The notes below the pieces were generated by a model. The model was not told the DNA's origin. It worked only from the letters and a program-made list of their open reading frames with translations, and made no database searches. The position numbers and the translations under genes were made by a program. 64,000 bases of DNA from Pelagomonas calceolata (taxonomy: Eukaryota), in NCBI GenBank assembly GCA_918797485.1, contig CAKKNE010000003.1, positions 496,001-560,000 on the forward strand, written 5' to 3'. This document shows, piece by piece, positions 1-11,702 of the stretch (positions are counted from its first letter, which is position 1; every line of letters begins with the position of its first letter).

Positions 1-2
1 GA

Positions 3-1528
3 GATTTTCAGGGCTGGTTCTACGTCAACTTGAAGACGAACGAGATGGGCTGGGACCCGCCGCGACTCTTGGGGGGTGGCGATCTTCCCGACCCGCCCGA
101 CGAGTGGCGGACGATGTACGACGAGAACGGCGACGTGTTTTACATGAATCCCTACACGGGCCAGACGTCGTGGATGTCGGTCGAGGACGCGGCTCGTAAT
201 CTGCAGAAGGCCTATCGGGCCAAACAAGCCGCTGATTTTGGCGCGCCGACGTTCGCGGATATTGTGAGGGCTTTACGCATGATACGAGAGGTGGAGCAGA
301 AGTACGAGGAGCACCCCGACCGGTTGTCGTCGATGGTCAACTACGCCCTACTGTTAGCTACGCAAAGGTTTGACTTAATTGGTGCGAAGAAACTCTACAA
401 AGATGCGATGGAAATAAGTCCCGAGAATCCTGTACTATTAAGGGCCTACGGCATATTCATGCTCGCGACGCTCGAAGCGCCGCGGGAGCGAATTTTTAGG
501 AAGGCCCTGGACTACTTCAAGAACGCGGAGTTGCGAGATCCTGGTAGAGAAAGATTTGAAATCGCCGAGGAGTCCATGTACCACTGGAATTGCGTCGCGC
601 AGCGCGAGAACCCTCTGGCGTTACTGAACTACGCTTTGCTGCAACAGTACCTCGTGAAGGACATCCCGCGGGCGGAGCGGTTCTTCCACCGGGCCATCTC
701 CGCTTTGAAGGATACGCAGGACGCGCCGGATCCGGCGCGGCCGGCGGTCATCGAGAACTTTGAATTGTTCGAGCTGGAGAGATTGCCGGGCGGGGAATTC
801 CATACGCCTACTCCGAGCAACACGGTCGTGCGGAACAGCGAACTCGTGGGGAACGGCGCGCGAATCAATTTCACACTTCAAACCATGGCGTGGCGCGTCG
901 TTTGTGCGCCATCGCCGCGGCGTCTGCTCGAGGGCGCGGTGCGTCGTTCATACGCCATCGCCGCGGCGTCCGCTCGATGGCGCGGCGCGTCGTTTGTGCG
1001 CCATCGCCGCGACCGAGAACGAGTCACCGGTCGCTTGGCGCACAGGTCGAGGAGCGGCCCGAGTGGGGCGAGTGGGGCCGTTATAGTCATGAGAACGTCC
1101 TGAAGCCCAAGTCCGCGTTTTACTTCTGGCTCAACCCCATCACGAAAAGGGCGTCTTGGGCGGAGCCGAACTGGGAAGTGGCTTACAGGCAGCGCATCGA
1201 GCGGTCCGAATTCGTCGGAGAAAAACAAGGCTGGGAGCAGTACTGGGATCCTAGGTTTGAGTGCAACTTCTTCTACAACGTCATGGATGGTAGATTGACG
1301 TGCGTCGACCCCGTTGCTGGTGGTGCAGAGGGTGAAGAGGGCGCCGGGAAGACGTTGGCGGCGATAGAAGCGGAACAGAACGCCCCTCCCCCAGAACCCG
1401 AGCCGGAACCGGACGGGCCCATGCGCGCTCTGACGGCGGAGGAGGAGAAGCTGGGGATGACGGGGCCGATGCTCCTGAAGAATGACCCGCACCAGGCGGT
1501 GGAGAACGCGCCGGTGTACAAGGGGTAG
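3..1528 (+). CDS. WW-domain/TPR-like protein, 5'-partial; intron 846-1045
   Basis: WW motifs (FYVNLKTNEMGWDPP, FYMNPYTGQTSW, FWLNPITKRASWAEP) and TPR-like helices. Removing GT..AG 846-1045 joins NSEL|VEERPEW in frame. Confidence 0.8.
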
Positions 1529-1660
1529 TAAGACAAATTGTGTTTTATTACTAGCTCGCGAAGTAGCGCAGTTAGCAGCGCGCAGAGAGGGACTGAGAAA
1601 AAAACGGGTTTTCTAGGGCAATAACTATTGTTTGTAGCCACGGAGACGCGCGCTATAGAA

Positions 1661-2440
1661 ATGACTCTCCAAGAGTACTTCCGAGGTTGCTGCAACTGGT
1701 GTGATGTCGAAGAAGTTCGCAAGTGCCTGGACAACGTGTATCAGGGACCTGTATTATCACCAAACGAAGAGTTTACTAACAAACACATGCGCCCAGGGGA
1801 GTTCAGCATTCCCCTGACGCATGTCTGCTATGATGCGCTTTGGGGCAACCTTCCGAATTCGAACGAAAGGTGTCTCGCCACGGCCGCGCTGCTACTCGAT
1901 CGCGGCGCGGACGTGAATAAACTCGCAGGCGGCAGGGGGGACCTCGAAACGCCACTACGTTCGGCATGCAGTTCGAGCCAGGTAAAGATCGAACTCTTGC
2001 AGCTTTTGCTAAGCCGCGGTGCTGAGGTCGACCTTTCGGAGGGTGAAGAAGGAACTACGCCGCTCATGGAGTTATGTAGCAAACGACATCCATTAATCGA
2101 GGAGACAAAGTTTTTACTGGACCACGGCGCCAATCCCAACCTGGTGGGGCGCAGTTGGGGTACGGCACTTCATGAAGCGGTGGTTTTTTTCAGTCCGGGT
2201 TGTGACGACCAGCTTCGTCTCGTGCGACTCCTATTGGAATATGGCGCAGATGCCAATGGAATAAGCCATAGAGGAAGGACGCCGCTCGAGTTGGCGAACA
2301 GCCACCCCCGCATGAGAGCGCTACTACGAAAACACTGCGCCATAATTGTTCGGAAGCATGTCATCGGCGGGAACGCCGAGCACCCGTCGCGAAATCGTCT
2401 GAAGCACCTTGCACCCCAAATCGCCGCGTGGTTGATCTAA
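1661..2440 (+). CDS. Ankyrin-repeat protein
   Basis: Repeated TPL/TALH...LLxxGADVN motifs. Confidence 0.85.
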   Translation: MTLQEYFRGCCNWCDVEEVRKCLDNVYQGPVLSPNEEFTNKHMRPGEFSIPLTHVCYDALWGNLPNSNERCLATAALLLDRGADVNKLAGGRGDLETPLRSACSSSQVKIELLQLLLSRGAEVDLSEGEEGTTPLMELCSKRHPLIEETKFLLDHGANPNLVGRSWGTALHEAVVFFSPGCDDQLRLVRLLLEYGADANGISHRGRTPLELANSHPRMRALLRKHCAIIVRKHVIGGNAEHPSRNRLKHLAPQIAAWLI

Positions 2441-2467
2441 CTTTTAGACAAGTATAAAACATCCTAA

Positions 2468-3910
2468 CTACCCCGACCGGAACGCGACCACCGGCAGCGC
2501 GACGAATGCCGACGGCGGCTCCGTGCCGCGATACGCGGGCCGGTAGCCGAGCGTCCAGTCCGTCTCGCCCGCCGCCGCGGCGTCGCAGACGGCCAAAAGC
2601 GCGGCCCGCAGCGCCGTGTCCAGCTGTTGGACGTGGGGATACGCGTCCCGGGCCGCGTCGGCGGCCCGCCGCGCCGACGCGTCGCAGGCCGCCGCGCCGG
2701 CCCGCGCGGGGTCCGCGATGCGCAGGACGTTCGCCGTGCCGTCAAGATCGGCCCGGACCACGATCTCCTCGCCTTCGCGCGTCCAGGCCTCCTCCGCAAT
2801 ATAAGCGTTGCCGCCTAGAGCCGCCCCGGCGTGCAAGGCTCGGAACTCGGCGTCCGTCTGCACGGCGTTGACGGCCATGGAGGCATGGGAAACTCTTTGC
2901 GCGTGGGGCCCACGCCCGGGCAGGTCGTGGAAGCGCGGCTCGTCCTCGAGATGCGTTTGCGTGGGGTGTAGCAACAACCCGAGATGTTGATCGTCGCACC
3001 AGAAGCGGTTGCGCACCCAGCCGCCCTTGGCTCCTGTAGCTGCGATTCCATATTGTCCTGTTGCTCGCGACGCTACACTGAGACCCATCGTCTCGTCTAG
3101 TAACGCCAGTCCATGCGCTACTCGATGAGGAAGCAACACGGCAAAGCCGCGCGGGTACGACATGCCCGGCAGTAGGGACTCGTTCGTCGCGTACCTTGCC
3201 AACGCCCACCGCCCACCATGTCGCGACGCGTCGACGGCCCTTAAATTGGCCATCAAGCGATCCGCGAACAGGTAGACGTCGTCCTCCACTCGTATGTAAT
3301 GCGTGAAGTCCCGCTCGGAAAAGTAGTGGAGCGAGTACAACAATTTCGCGGTGACGTTCGTCGCCGCATCTTTCACAGGAACCATCACCAGATCGCCGTG
3401 CGTCGCGTTCTCGGCGCGGATGGCGGTGTCGTGCTCCGAGCTCCCCACAAAAAACGCCACAATCGCCGAGTCCTGGCCGCCCGACGTGACCAAAGCTTGT
3501 TTTGCTCGTGCGCACCACGTCGCGCGGATGGCTTGTCTTCTCGACGTGTAGTGGGCCGCGGACGGGACCGCCACGAAGAGCCGCACGCGCGACCCGTAGC
3601 CCGCCGTCGGGCAGCCCTCCGGCGACTGGGGCAGGGCCTGGCTCCAGAGCTCGACGAGCAGCGCGACGGCGCAGTTGTCCCTTTCCAACTCCGTGCTCGC
3701 GTCGCGGCACGCTCGTGACTCTTCTTCCAATCGCCAGCCCCGGCCGGCGACGAAGTCGGCCGCGAGTTGCCACAGGTCTTGATCGGACGTGAACTCGCCG
3801 CTCAATGGTTGGTCGTCCAGCGAGAAATCGAAGCGGTACACCTCTTGGGCAGCCACCAGCGCTGTGAGGCTGCACAGGACCAGCGCGAGGCTGCACTGGA
3901 GGGCGCGCAT
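2468..3910 (-). CDS. Secretory-pathway galactosyltransferase (GT31-like)
   Basis: Signal peptide; RRQAIRATW, HGDLVMV, AKLL and YIRVEDDVY motifs. Confidence 0.75.
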   Translation of the reverse strand: MRALQCSLALVLCSLTALVAAQEVYRFDFSLDDQPLSGEFTSDQDLWQLAADFVAGRGWRLEEESRACRDASTELERDNCAVALLVELWSQALPQSPEGCPTAGYGSRVRLFVAVPSAAHYTSRRQAIRATWCARAKQALVTSGGQDSAIVAFFVGSSEHDTAIRAENATHGDLVMVPVKDAATNVTAKLLYSLHYFSERDFTHYIRVEDDVYLFADRLMANLRAVDASRHGGRWALARYATNESLLPGMSYPRGFAVLLPHRVAHGLALLDETMGLSVASRATGQYGIAATGAKGGWVRNRFWCDDQHLGLLLHPTQTHLEDEPRFHDLPGRGPHAQRVSHASMAVNAVQTDAEFRALHAGAALGGNAYIAEEAWTREGEEIVVRADLDGTANVLRIADPARAGAAACDASARRAADAARDAYPHVQQLDTALRAALLAVCDAAAAGETDWTLGYRPAYRGTEPPSAFVALPVVAFRSG

Positions 3911-4114
3911 CGCTGCCCCTCGCGGGCCTAGCGGCTTTTGCAGCTTCTGTGGATGGTTGCGCTTTTATTGTGCAATTCTTATGGACTGCTTGTGGTTGTA
4001 AGTGCTCCAACGCGACCCCGCGAATGAGCTCGAGTGAGGCAGAAACCTAGTGTGTCACTACAAGCCTCAGGTGGTTTTGATGGGTGTGTATGATGAGGCC
4101 AGACAAGAGTATGC

Positions 4115-4195
4115 TGTTATTAAAAACGCGGCACGCGTCCGCCGCCGATGAATCGGCGACGCGCGGTGTCTCCGCCCACTAGTCCTCCCGTAATA
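4115..4195. repeat. Copy of the solo-LTR-like element
   Basis: Shares tgaatcggcgacgcgcggtgtctcc...gcccactagtcct with 43863-43963. Confidence 0.7.
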
Positions 4196-4238
4196 GAATA
4201 CGCCGTCGCCCCGAACACGACAATCAACAACCACAAAA

Positions 4239-5120
4239 TTACTCCCCCTCGGGCGGCAACAGCCGCTCCGACGCCCAGTTCCACGCGTCGTCGACGGCGT
4301 CGTCGCGCGTGTTGACGACGAAGTACGCCACGGGCCGGTGGCGCGCGCACGGGTTGCCCGCGTGCAGGACGCGGTAGTCGAAGGCGAGGAGCGACCCGCG
4401 CGCCACGCCCGGCGCCACCAGTTCAAAATCCGGAGGCAGGTCGTCGAACCGCGCCGCGTTGAACGCCGCCGCGGCGCGCAGCTTCTCGGGCGACGCGTGG
4501 GACCCCGGCCAGAAGGCCGTGCCGTCGCCATCTTGCGGCACGTCCACGAGCGGCACGAAGACCGTGTACAGACCTTGCGAGGACGGCGGGCCGTCGGCAT
4601 GGAGCTTCTGCGCCGTCGCGCCGGGCTCGCTCACGACGGCGCCGGCGTACTCGACGCGCGGCGGGCGCGTGCCGGCGCGCGGCAGCTTGTAGGCAGCGTC
4701 GAGGACCGCTTCCTCGAGCGTCGTCCAGACCGCGGGCTTCTCTTCATCCAACCGCAGGTCGAAGCGACCGGGATTCCTACTGGCAATCTCGTAGAAGTCG
4801 AGGCGGTCGAGATCGGCGCCGCGCTTCGATGCAGCCTCGATCAACGTAGAATGGCGCGCGAGGACGAAGTCGCGCGCCTCATTTAAAATGTGTGGCGCGA
4901 GGAGCGTCGTCTCGAGCACGGCGAAGCCGTCGCGCTCCATTGTTTGTATTGTGTCTCCGGCGACGGTGGCGGACTCCCCCATCCTTCGCTCCGTCTCTGT
5001 GACGGTGGTGGACCGCCGGCACGTCGTGGCGGTCGTTGGTGCCGGCGGCCGCAGTGCGCAGATTATTGGAAGCGCCAGCGCTGCTAGTGTGAGGTGGTTG
5101 CGGCGCGGCATATTCCCCAT
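4239..5120 (-). CDS. PhyH-like Fe(II)/2OG dioxygenase
   Basis: QKLHADG, GTAFWPGSH, FDYRVLHAG..N....RP; hydrophobic leader. Confidence 0.85.
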   Translation of the reverse strand: MGNMPRRNHLTLAALALPIICALRPPAPTTATTCRRSTTVTETERRMGESATVAGDTIQTMERDGFAVLETTLLAPHILNEARDFVLARHSTLIEAASKRGADLDRLDFYEIASRNPGRFDLRLDEEKPAVWTTLEEAVLDAAYKLPRAGTRPPRVEYAGAVVSEPGATAQKLHADGPPSSQGLYTVFVPLVDVPQDGDGTAFWPGSHASPEKLRAAAAFNAARFDDLPPDFELVAPGVARGSLLAFDYRVLHAGNPCARHRPVAYFVVNTRDDAVDDAWNWASERLLPPEGE

Positions 5121-5531
5121 CTCTATCTCTTGCAGTCGATTTAGTGCCGTATGAGTGTGATGCTCTCTACTTAGAGCTAAGGCTGATGCTCTCTGTAGGT
5201 GTTGCGTACTAATGCACAAGTAACGAAACCGGTCACGATACAACGATAGTCAAACGGACTGAATTGGCAGAGCAGCGGTGCTGGCAGAGCAGCCGTGCAA
5301 GCCTGCACAACTACGCATGCAGCCAATAATGTCTAGTGTATCGACACACTAGTCCGTACAAGAGATCCCTGCACCGTAAAAATCTAGACACAGGAGTAAC
5401 TCCGATTTTTGGGCCGCCCGTGGTAGCCACCTCCCGTCCGCGCGTACGATACACCTCGCCCGCGTGTGCGCCGCGCAGAGTGAACTCGGAAGCCTCCCCC
5501 CAACGCCGTCGCCGCGACAAGTAAAATAAAA

Positions 5532-6566
5532 CTAGGCCAGCTTAATCGTCGTCGGGACTAAATGGGGCTTCTTTCCCCGCGGGAACTCGCCGTCCAGCGA
5601 CTTCTGCACCTGAAAATGGTCGAACGGCACTTTTGAATCATACGTCTTCGACGTCTTCTTCTCGCCGGGCGCGCGAGGCGTCGCGTCCATCATCTTCGCG
5701 AAGAAGCCGTGGGGCGTGTCCTCGATCTTGCCCGTCGCCCATTCTCTGACATCTAACACCTCTCTTGTATGAGGGCGCGGGCGCCGCGGCTTGCGCTTCT
5801 TGTCCTCTTCATCTGATGATGCATCCAACATGCCCTGCTCCTCGTACTGCCGATCCAAGACGCGCTTCATGGGGTCGCGCAACCCATAGGTATCAACCTT
5901 GATACAGTGCCGGTTTGGCTCCAAGGGGTCGTATTCACTTTCGATGATAATGTCCCGAAATATCGCTCCTTTCGCGTTCGTGGCATCCAGGAACTTCTGG
6001 TATTCTCGGCGCCTCCTGGCGTTGATCTGCGCCGCCGTCGTACTATCTAGTCGCTCATTTATCTGGTCCTGGATCTTGCCATAAACTTCCGAGTTCCACT
6101 CGTCGAACTGGCGCTTGAGCTTCGTCTGCTTGTTCATGTCCTCGAGCTGCAAATGTTTTTGGACCTCATCAGCTAATTTATGACCTTCGACGATGTCGCT
6201 CCGCAGGAACTCGAAGCGCCTTTCCCTCCGGTTCGCGTTCTCGGCGACGCGCTCCCGCGCCTTCCGCTCGTCGGCGGCCTGCTTCATCCTAGAGTCCTCC
6301 TTCTGCTGGTTGTAGCGCCTTACTCTCTTTTGTTCGGCCTCCCTCGCTTGCCTTTTTTTCTCGGCGCGCTGCTGGGCCTTCCTTCTACTCAAAAACGACG
6401 ACGTCTGGGACACGCGGCTGCCCTGGGCCGGCTCGGGCTGGATGAGGTCCAGCAAGGCTTCCTCATTATATACTTTGACGCGGCTCGGGGACGGGCCCTG
6501 GCTCCGCCACATGGCGCTCAGGGGCTGGCGGCCCGTTTCTTCGGGCGCTGCTTCGGCGTCGGCCAT
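5532..6566 (-). CDS. Coiled-coil hypothetical protein (possibly FAM228-like)
   Basis: 344-aa ATG ORF with coding-like composition and an FRDIIIESEYDPL block; family assignment tentative. Confidence 0.65.
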   Translation of the reverse strand: MADAEAAPEETGRQPLSAMWRSQGPSPSRVKVYNEEALLDLIQPEPAQGSRVSQTSSFLSRRKAQQRAEKKRQAREAEQKRVRRYNQQKEDSRMKQAADERKARERVAENANRRERRFEFLRSDIVEGHKLADEVQKHLQLEDMNKQTKLKRQFDEWNSEVYGKIQDQINERLDSTTAAQINARRRREYQKFLDATNAKGAIFRDIIIESEYDPLEPNRHCIKVDTYGLRDPMKRVLDRQYEEQGMLDASSDEEDKKRKPRRPRPHTREVLDVREWATGKIEDTPHGFFAKMMDATPRAPGEKKTSKTYDSKVPFDHFQVQKSLDGEFPRGKKPHLVPTTIKLA

Positions 6567-7209
6567 TTTATGGTTGGATCGTGCTGGAGGCAGCCTCTCC
6601 TGGTGCTTCTTCGGTGTGCGTCTCGTCTTGTGCGACGCTGGGGGCAGGCGGCCGCTGCAGGAGCAGGCTAGTGGCTGCTAGTAGGCGCGCGGCGCACGGC
6701 GGCGCGGTCGGAACCGTGCGTCTGCAGGCCCGACGGCATCGTGCAAGAGGAATGGGCCCTCAAACTGGAGATCTTTCCTGTGTGCAGTGTGTAGCAGATT
6801 TTTTTGGATTCTTCCAGCCTTCTGTTGCTCAGGCGTCGTCTGAGGGGTAGTTCGCACGGTTCTGAGACTGACGCGTGCGATTTTTTTTTGTGGCTTGAGC
6901 CCCAATTGGTGCCGACGTCATCGCGCCTGCCGCACGCTGCTATAGCACCTTGGACGCCGAGGCTCAAATTCGCGGCGCGTGCTCGTACGCGGCAGGGAAG
7001 CGTACCACAGCTGCCAGCGACCGACGGGACAGCGGTTCAGCACCAGCGGACGCAGCACGGCGCCGCAAACCGGCAGGATCTGAGGGCGGCTCTCAAAGCA
7101 AGCTTGAGGCTTGAAGCCACGAGACGACGCACGCGCACGCGAGCGCGGCCCCGCATCACTGCGCCAGCGTTCCGTCGCTCAGCGCAGCTCCGCGGCCCCG
7201 CGCGCCACC

Positions 7210-8732
7210 ATGGATAAAGGCTCCGCGGGCGCGTCGACTTCGAGTTCGAACGGCGAGGAGCGCATCTCCGCCGTGGTGACGGAAGGTCAGTCGCCCGTGC
7301 CGAAATCATGACTCCGCGCCCCTTCAGCCGGTACGAGCCGCGGAACGCAGCGGCATAAAAACGTTCCGCGCTCTGGCGCTCTGAACGTTGACGCCGCGAC
7401 TTAAAATTCAACCGCACCAAAACCGGCCAAAACGCCTGAGGCGGACCCGGGGACCGCCGCGACTCCCCCGCGGCACGCATATCTCCCGCCGGGCCCGGCT
7501 CGACGAGTCGCGCCCGAGATCCGAGAACCGCCCGCGGCACCCAGAACTCAACTTTCAACCGCACAGGCAACTCGAGCCCGCAATCGACCAGCGGCGCGAA
7601 CTCGCCCGCCCGTTTGCCGAGTGTAGAAAGACCGGCACCGGACGAGACCGAGACGCCGCCGGCGCGCACTCGCAGCGCGCCGCGCGGCGGCGAGCCCTCG
7701 TTGCCCGTCTGGGCGACGCGCGCCTGGGACTTGCAGGGCCCGGCGCCGACGATCATCGACGCGGCGCGCGCCGCGGCGGAGATGTCCCGCATCGAGGAGA
7801 ATCCGACGACCGCGGCCGAAGCGTCAGCCGCTGCGGCGGCGGCGCGCGGCGAACGACCGATCGTCCCCTCGAAGCCGCGCGGCAAGGCTACGACCGCGGC
7901 CGCGCGCGTCGCGGCCCAGCGCGAGAAGGCGCCCTTACGAAAAGGCAAGTGGACGCAGGAGGAGGAGCTGTTCACGGCGGCGGTCATTCGCGAATTCGAG
8001 CGGGGCATGCTCGCCTGCCCCGCCGGGACGACGCTGCGCAGCTACCTCTCGGAGAAATTGCACTGCGACCCGATGCGCATCACGAAGAAGTTCGCGGGCG
8101 ACGCGTCGATCGGCAAGCGCGTCTTCACGCCCTGCAAGCAGACGCCCGAGCTCCAGGAGGAAGCTCGCAGGGTGCGAGCCGAGCTCCGGGACATGGAGCG
8201 GCGCTTCGCGGCGCACCTCCAGCACGCGTCGCTGGCCTACGCGGCGTCGTCCGCTCTGAAAGGAAGGGGCCGCGCCGGGTCGCTCTCCGCGCTGCACCGG
8301 CGGCCGCGCTTCGACGCGCACCGCGCCGTCGCCGTCGACCACGACGGGCGGCTGCTCCAGCGCGCGCGGGGGCCGTCGTCGCTCAAGCGCGCGCGCGACG
8401 ACGCGTCGCGCGTCGCGCCGGACCCCCAGGACTCGCAGTTATTGCTGGACTTCTTCGTCGCGGTGCGCGAGCGCTGCTCGGCGAGCGGGCCCGAGGCCGC
8501 GGCGGCGTCGGCGCCGCGGTCGCCTTCCCGACTGGCGCCGTCGTCGACGCCGTCGTCGCCGCCGCGGGCGCGCGCGCGCTCCGACGGCGGGCCCGAGGCC
8601 GCCGACGCGCCGCCGCCGCCGCCGCCGGACGCCGTCGCCGGCGAGACGAAGGACCGCAGCGACTCGTGCGCGACGCGGCCGCGCACGCCGACGCTCCCGA
8701 ACCTGGACGCGCCGGAGGCGATGCGGTGCTGA
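7210..8732 (+). CDS. Putative Myb/SANT-like transcription factor of stramenopile type; intron 7286-7566
   Basis: LRKGKWTQEEE...GTTLRSYLSEKLHCDPMRITKKF domain. ATG 7210 exon joins in frame (G|GC) after a GT-AG intron. Confidence 0.75.
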
Positions 8733-8910
8733 AGCACCTCGTCCCGATGATGAAAAAAATGGCTCGGCCTCTACTCGCTCGCCGGGGGGCCGCGCAATAC
8801 CCTGAACATGACCTTCGCTTTTCCGCCCCCTTTCATGGGTAATAGAGCGGTATAGCGGGATTCTCCTTTTTGTGTGTTGGGGAGCGGCGGCGGCGTGTCA
8901 CACAATAAAG

Positions 8911-9807
8911 TTAGGCCGGAGGCAGGCAGATGCCGTACTGGAGCAGCAGCTTGACGCGGTAGCCGTCCTCGTCGGCGCCCGCGTCGGCGTATCCCGTCAG
9001 CAGCTCGGCCCCCGTTTCGATGTCGGCCGTCGCAACCAGCAACATGTCGTCGAGGTCGAGGAACGAGCCCTCGGCGCCCGACGCGTCGCCGGCGCGGCGC
9101 ACGGCCTGGCCGTACGTCAGAAGCTCGACGTTCGCCTCGCTGCCTAAGCGGCCGTGGTTCAGGAAGTCGTAGAACGGCACGAGGCCGATGCACCCCTTCC
9201 CGTCGACGGTCACGGCGCGCGAGAGCACGCGGCAGTAGGCCAGGCGGAAACTTTGTGGAGACGCCCCGCACAGCGCCGCCGGGCCCTCTGCAGAAAAGAA
9301 CCAGGCGGCCCGCCGCGCGTAGGCGCCGCGGCGCTCGCCGAGCGTCTCCGCGAGCCGGTCCGCGGGCAGGCCCCATCGTTGCGCCGTCTCTTGGACCCAG
9401 CCGTCCACGTCCTCGCAGTCCAGGTACGCGAAGGCGTCGAAGTCCGTCGGCAAAGCATCGAGCCACGGCGCCCACGCCTCCTCGCCGGCGGCCGCCGCCA
9501 GTAAAAGTTGAGTGGCGAGCTGCGTCTGCCAGGCGCGGCCCTCGGGCGGCAGGTCCGCCGGGGCCGGCGCGCGCCAGACCAGGTCCTTCGGGATTGATGC
9601 CACGACCTCGCCCTTGCGTACGGCATCCGTCGCGAAGAGCCCGCGGCCGCCTACACTGTCAGTCGTCGTGCGGATGGCGAGCTTCGGGGCGTGTACTCCT
9701 CTTTGCGTGGACCACGCGGCGGCCGCGGCGTCTGCATCGAGTGCATGACTCGTGCTCGTGGCGGCGAGCAGTTGCAGCAGCAGTACTGCCGTGCTGCAAG
9801 GTTGCAT
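8911..9807 (-). CDS. SET-domain lysine methyltransferase (Rubisco LSMT-like)
   Basis: GGRGLFAT, LVPFYDFLNH, ELLTGY, LLQYG; signal peptide. Confidence 0.85.
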   Translation of the reverse strand: MQPCSTAVLLLQLLAATSTSHALDADAAAAAWSTQRGVHAPKLAIRTTTDSVGGRGLFATDAVRKGEVVASIPKDLVWRAPAPADLPPEGRAWQTQLATQLLLAAAAGEEAWAPWLDALPTDFDAFAYLDCEDVDGWVQETAQRWGLPADRLAETLGERRGAYARRAAWFFSAEGPAALCGASPQSFRLAYCRVLSRAVTVDGKGCIGLVPFYDFLNHGRLGSEANVELLTYGQAVRRAGDASGAEGSFLDLDDMLLVATADIETGAELLTGYADAGADEDGYRVKLLLQYGICLPPA

Positions 9808-10080
9808 TGCTGCTGCTTGCAGAGCCAGAGCTCTTGTGTATGACCAAAATTAGTCCTTCGCAGCAATGCAATTCGACTGCGCGCTCGTCTTTCCGCAGCG
9901 ATCTATCAAACTATTATACGGCCAAGCCCACAGCACAATGAGAGAGCCACAGCATCAAATGGCACTTTGCAATGTGCCCTGGCGGCAGCCTAGTGTGCCA
10001 CTACACTAGCTCATGTAGGGGCTCGTCCACTGGTCCTAGCACCGTAACAGTATCAGAAAGTTCGCTGGATTTACTCTGAG

Positions 10081-10215
10081 CAGCGGTCTCGAAACGAACG
10101 GGACGTCATCGGCAACGGAGCGCTCTGTGCGAGCGGCGTCGTCGGAAACGAACGGTGCGAGCGATCGCCTAGCAGGCGCCAGTGTAGCGGCGTCGTCGGA
10201 AGCGAACAATGCGAA
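10081..10215. repeat. Short degenerate direct repeats
   Basis: agcggcgtcgtcggaa.cgaac..tgcga twice, plus partial copies. Confidence 0.6.
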
Positions 10216-11241
10216 CTAGAGAAGCCTCCAGTCGTCGAGGCGGACGCCCCCGCCGGATTCCAGCAACGACGCCGCCGCGGCGTCGGACACGCCGAAGGGC
10301 GCGCGCTTGTGCTCCAACAATCCAAACAAGTCCCGCAGCGCAAAAAGGTCCGACATGGCCCGCCTCTCATACAGTGTGAGGGCCGGGTGCCACGTCTCGA
10401 CGATCAACACGTAGCGGTCTTCTGCAGATTCCGTCAAATCATTGTACACCTGGTGGTCGAACGTGTTATCCACCAAGACCGTCGCGCCCGGGTCTCCACC
10501 GTCACCATCAATCAACGGCGTCTCCACGCCGTCCAAGACGATGCCCGTCGCCTTCGTACAGCCGCGCAGTGGCGTCAGCGTCGACAAGACAAAGTTGTGG
10601 TGGTCCGAGTGGACCTTGCCGCGGCAGCCCGCGGCCTGGCGCGAGATGCCGCAAAATCTATGGGCCGCCGGCACGGCGTGCCGGCGCAGCGCTTTTGTAG
10701 TTTCCGTCCAAGCATTTGATGCCGACCGCAGCGGCAGGTACTGCGACCCCTTCCAGGACATGCGGTTCCACGCCGACGCGCCCGCTTTCCGCTCCTCGGC
10801 GAATCCCTCTCCATGATCCGCCGCCAGCGGCGCTTCCGTGGAGAGGGCCGCTTCCAATTCCCCGCAGGCCGCCGCGGCGGCCTCGCGCAGGCCGCCGTCA
10901 TCGAACCACTCCATGCGGGGCGTGCCCGCGAGGTTCGCGCCGTTGGCGCGCCGGCCCCCCGACACGCCGGGGAAGCGGTACTGCTCGTCGATGGTCTGGC
11001 CGTTGGTCTCGCGCGTCAGACGGCCGACGTTGTCCCGCTCTCTTAAATTGGTGCAGAGGCCGCGGAAGCGCTCGAGCTCGGGCCGCGCGAGGTCCGGCGT
11101 GCTCTGCGCGAACGCGTCCCAGAACTTGGGCGAGCGCCACGTCGCCTGCCACGTGTCCTCGTAGGACGCGGTCTTCTGCGTCTTGAGGGCCGCCAGAGCG
11201 TGGGCCAGCGGCAGCGCTGCTAGGAGGCACCACGCGCGCAT
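10216..11241 (-). CDS. Aspartyl/asparaginyl beta-hydroxylase-domain dioxygenase
   Basis: HSD...DNTFDHQVYN...RYVLIVETWHP; signal peptide. Confidence 0.8.
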   Translation of the reverse strand: MRAWCLLAALPLAHALAALKTQKTASYEDTWQATWRSPKFWDAFAQSTPDLARPELERFRGLCTNLRERDNVGRLTRETNGQTIDEQYRFPGVSGGRRANGANLAGTPRMEWFDDGGLREAAAAACGELEAALSTEAPLAADHGEGFAEERKAGASAWNRMSWKGSQYLPLRSASNAWTETTKALRRHAVPAAHRFCGISRQAAGCRGKVHSDHHNFVLSTLTPLRGCTKATGIVLDGVETPLIDGDGGDPGATVLVDNTFDHQVYNDLTESAEDRYVLIVETWHPALTLYERRAMSDLFALRDLFGLLEHKRAPFGVSDAAAASLLESGGGVRLDDWRLL

Positions 11242-11411
11242 GATGCAGCTGGCAGCAGTGTTGCTCTCAGTATGACCCGCGGCCACGATACGCGTTCGAG
11301 TCGTTAGGAGCTATGCATCGCTGGCACGCAACTTTGTGATCAATTCCTGTTCGTCATTTGGCCACCAGCGGCTTAGTATGGACGAGTTGAGTCCACGTCG
11401 CGCCGAGCTAG

Positions 11412-11433
11412 CTAGCGGCTTGTAAGGCACTAG
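11412..11433. promoter_or_regulatory. CTAG-box upstream motif
   Basis: ctagcggcttgtaaggcactag, in a divergent gap. Confidence 0.6.
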
Positions 11434-11702
11434 AAGAGCAGTGCAGCCTCAACACAAGCTAGCTATACATCTTATAGGCTTCATTCACGCTCAACGGTCT
11501 CACTGTATACACGTCACAGCGCGCTGACAGCTTTGCTCGGCTCAATTCCACACGTAAAGGCCTCTACAGCTGAGTGCTCTCTGAAGGCTCTCTCCCACCG
11601 GACGCCGCATTGCCTGCACAGCTGTCTACAGGTGGCTGCTCTCTGAAAGCTCTCCCGCAGGACGCACGCATGCGAATGCCGAGCCACACACCAAGTCAAT
11701 CG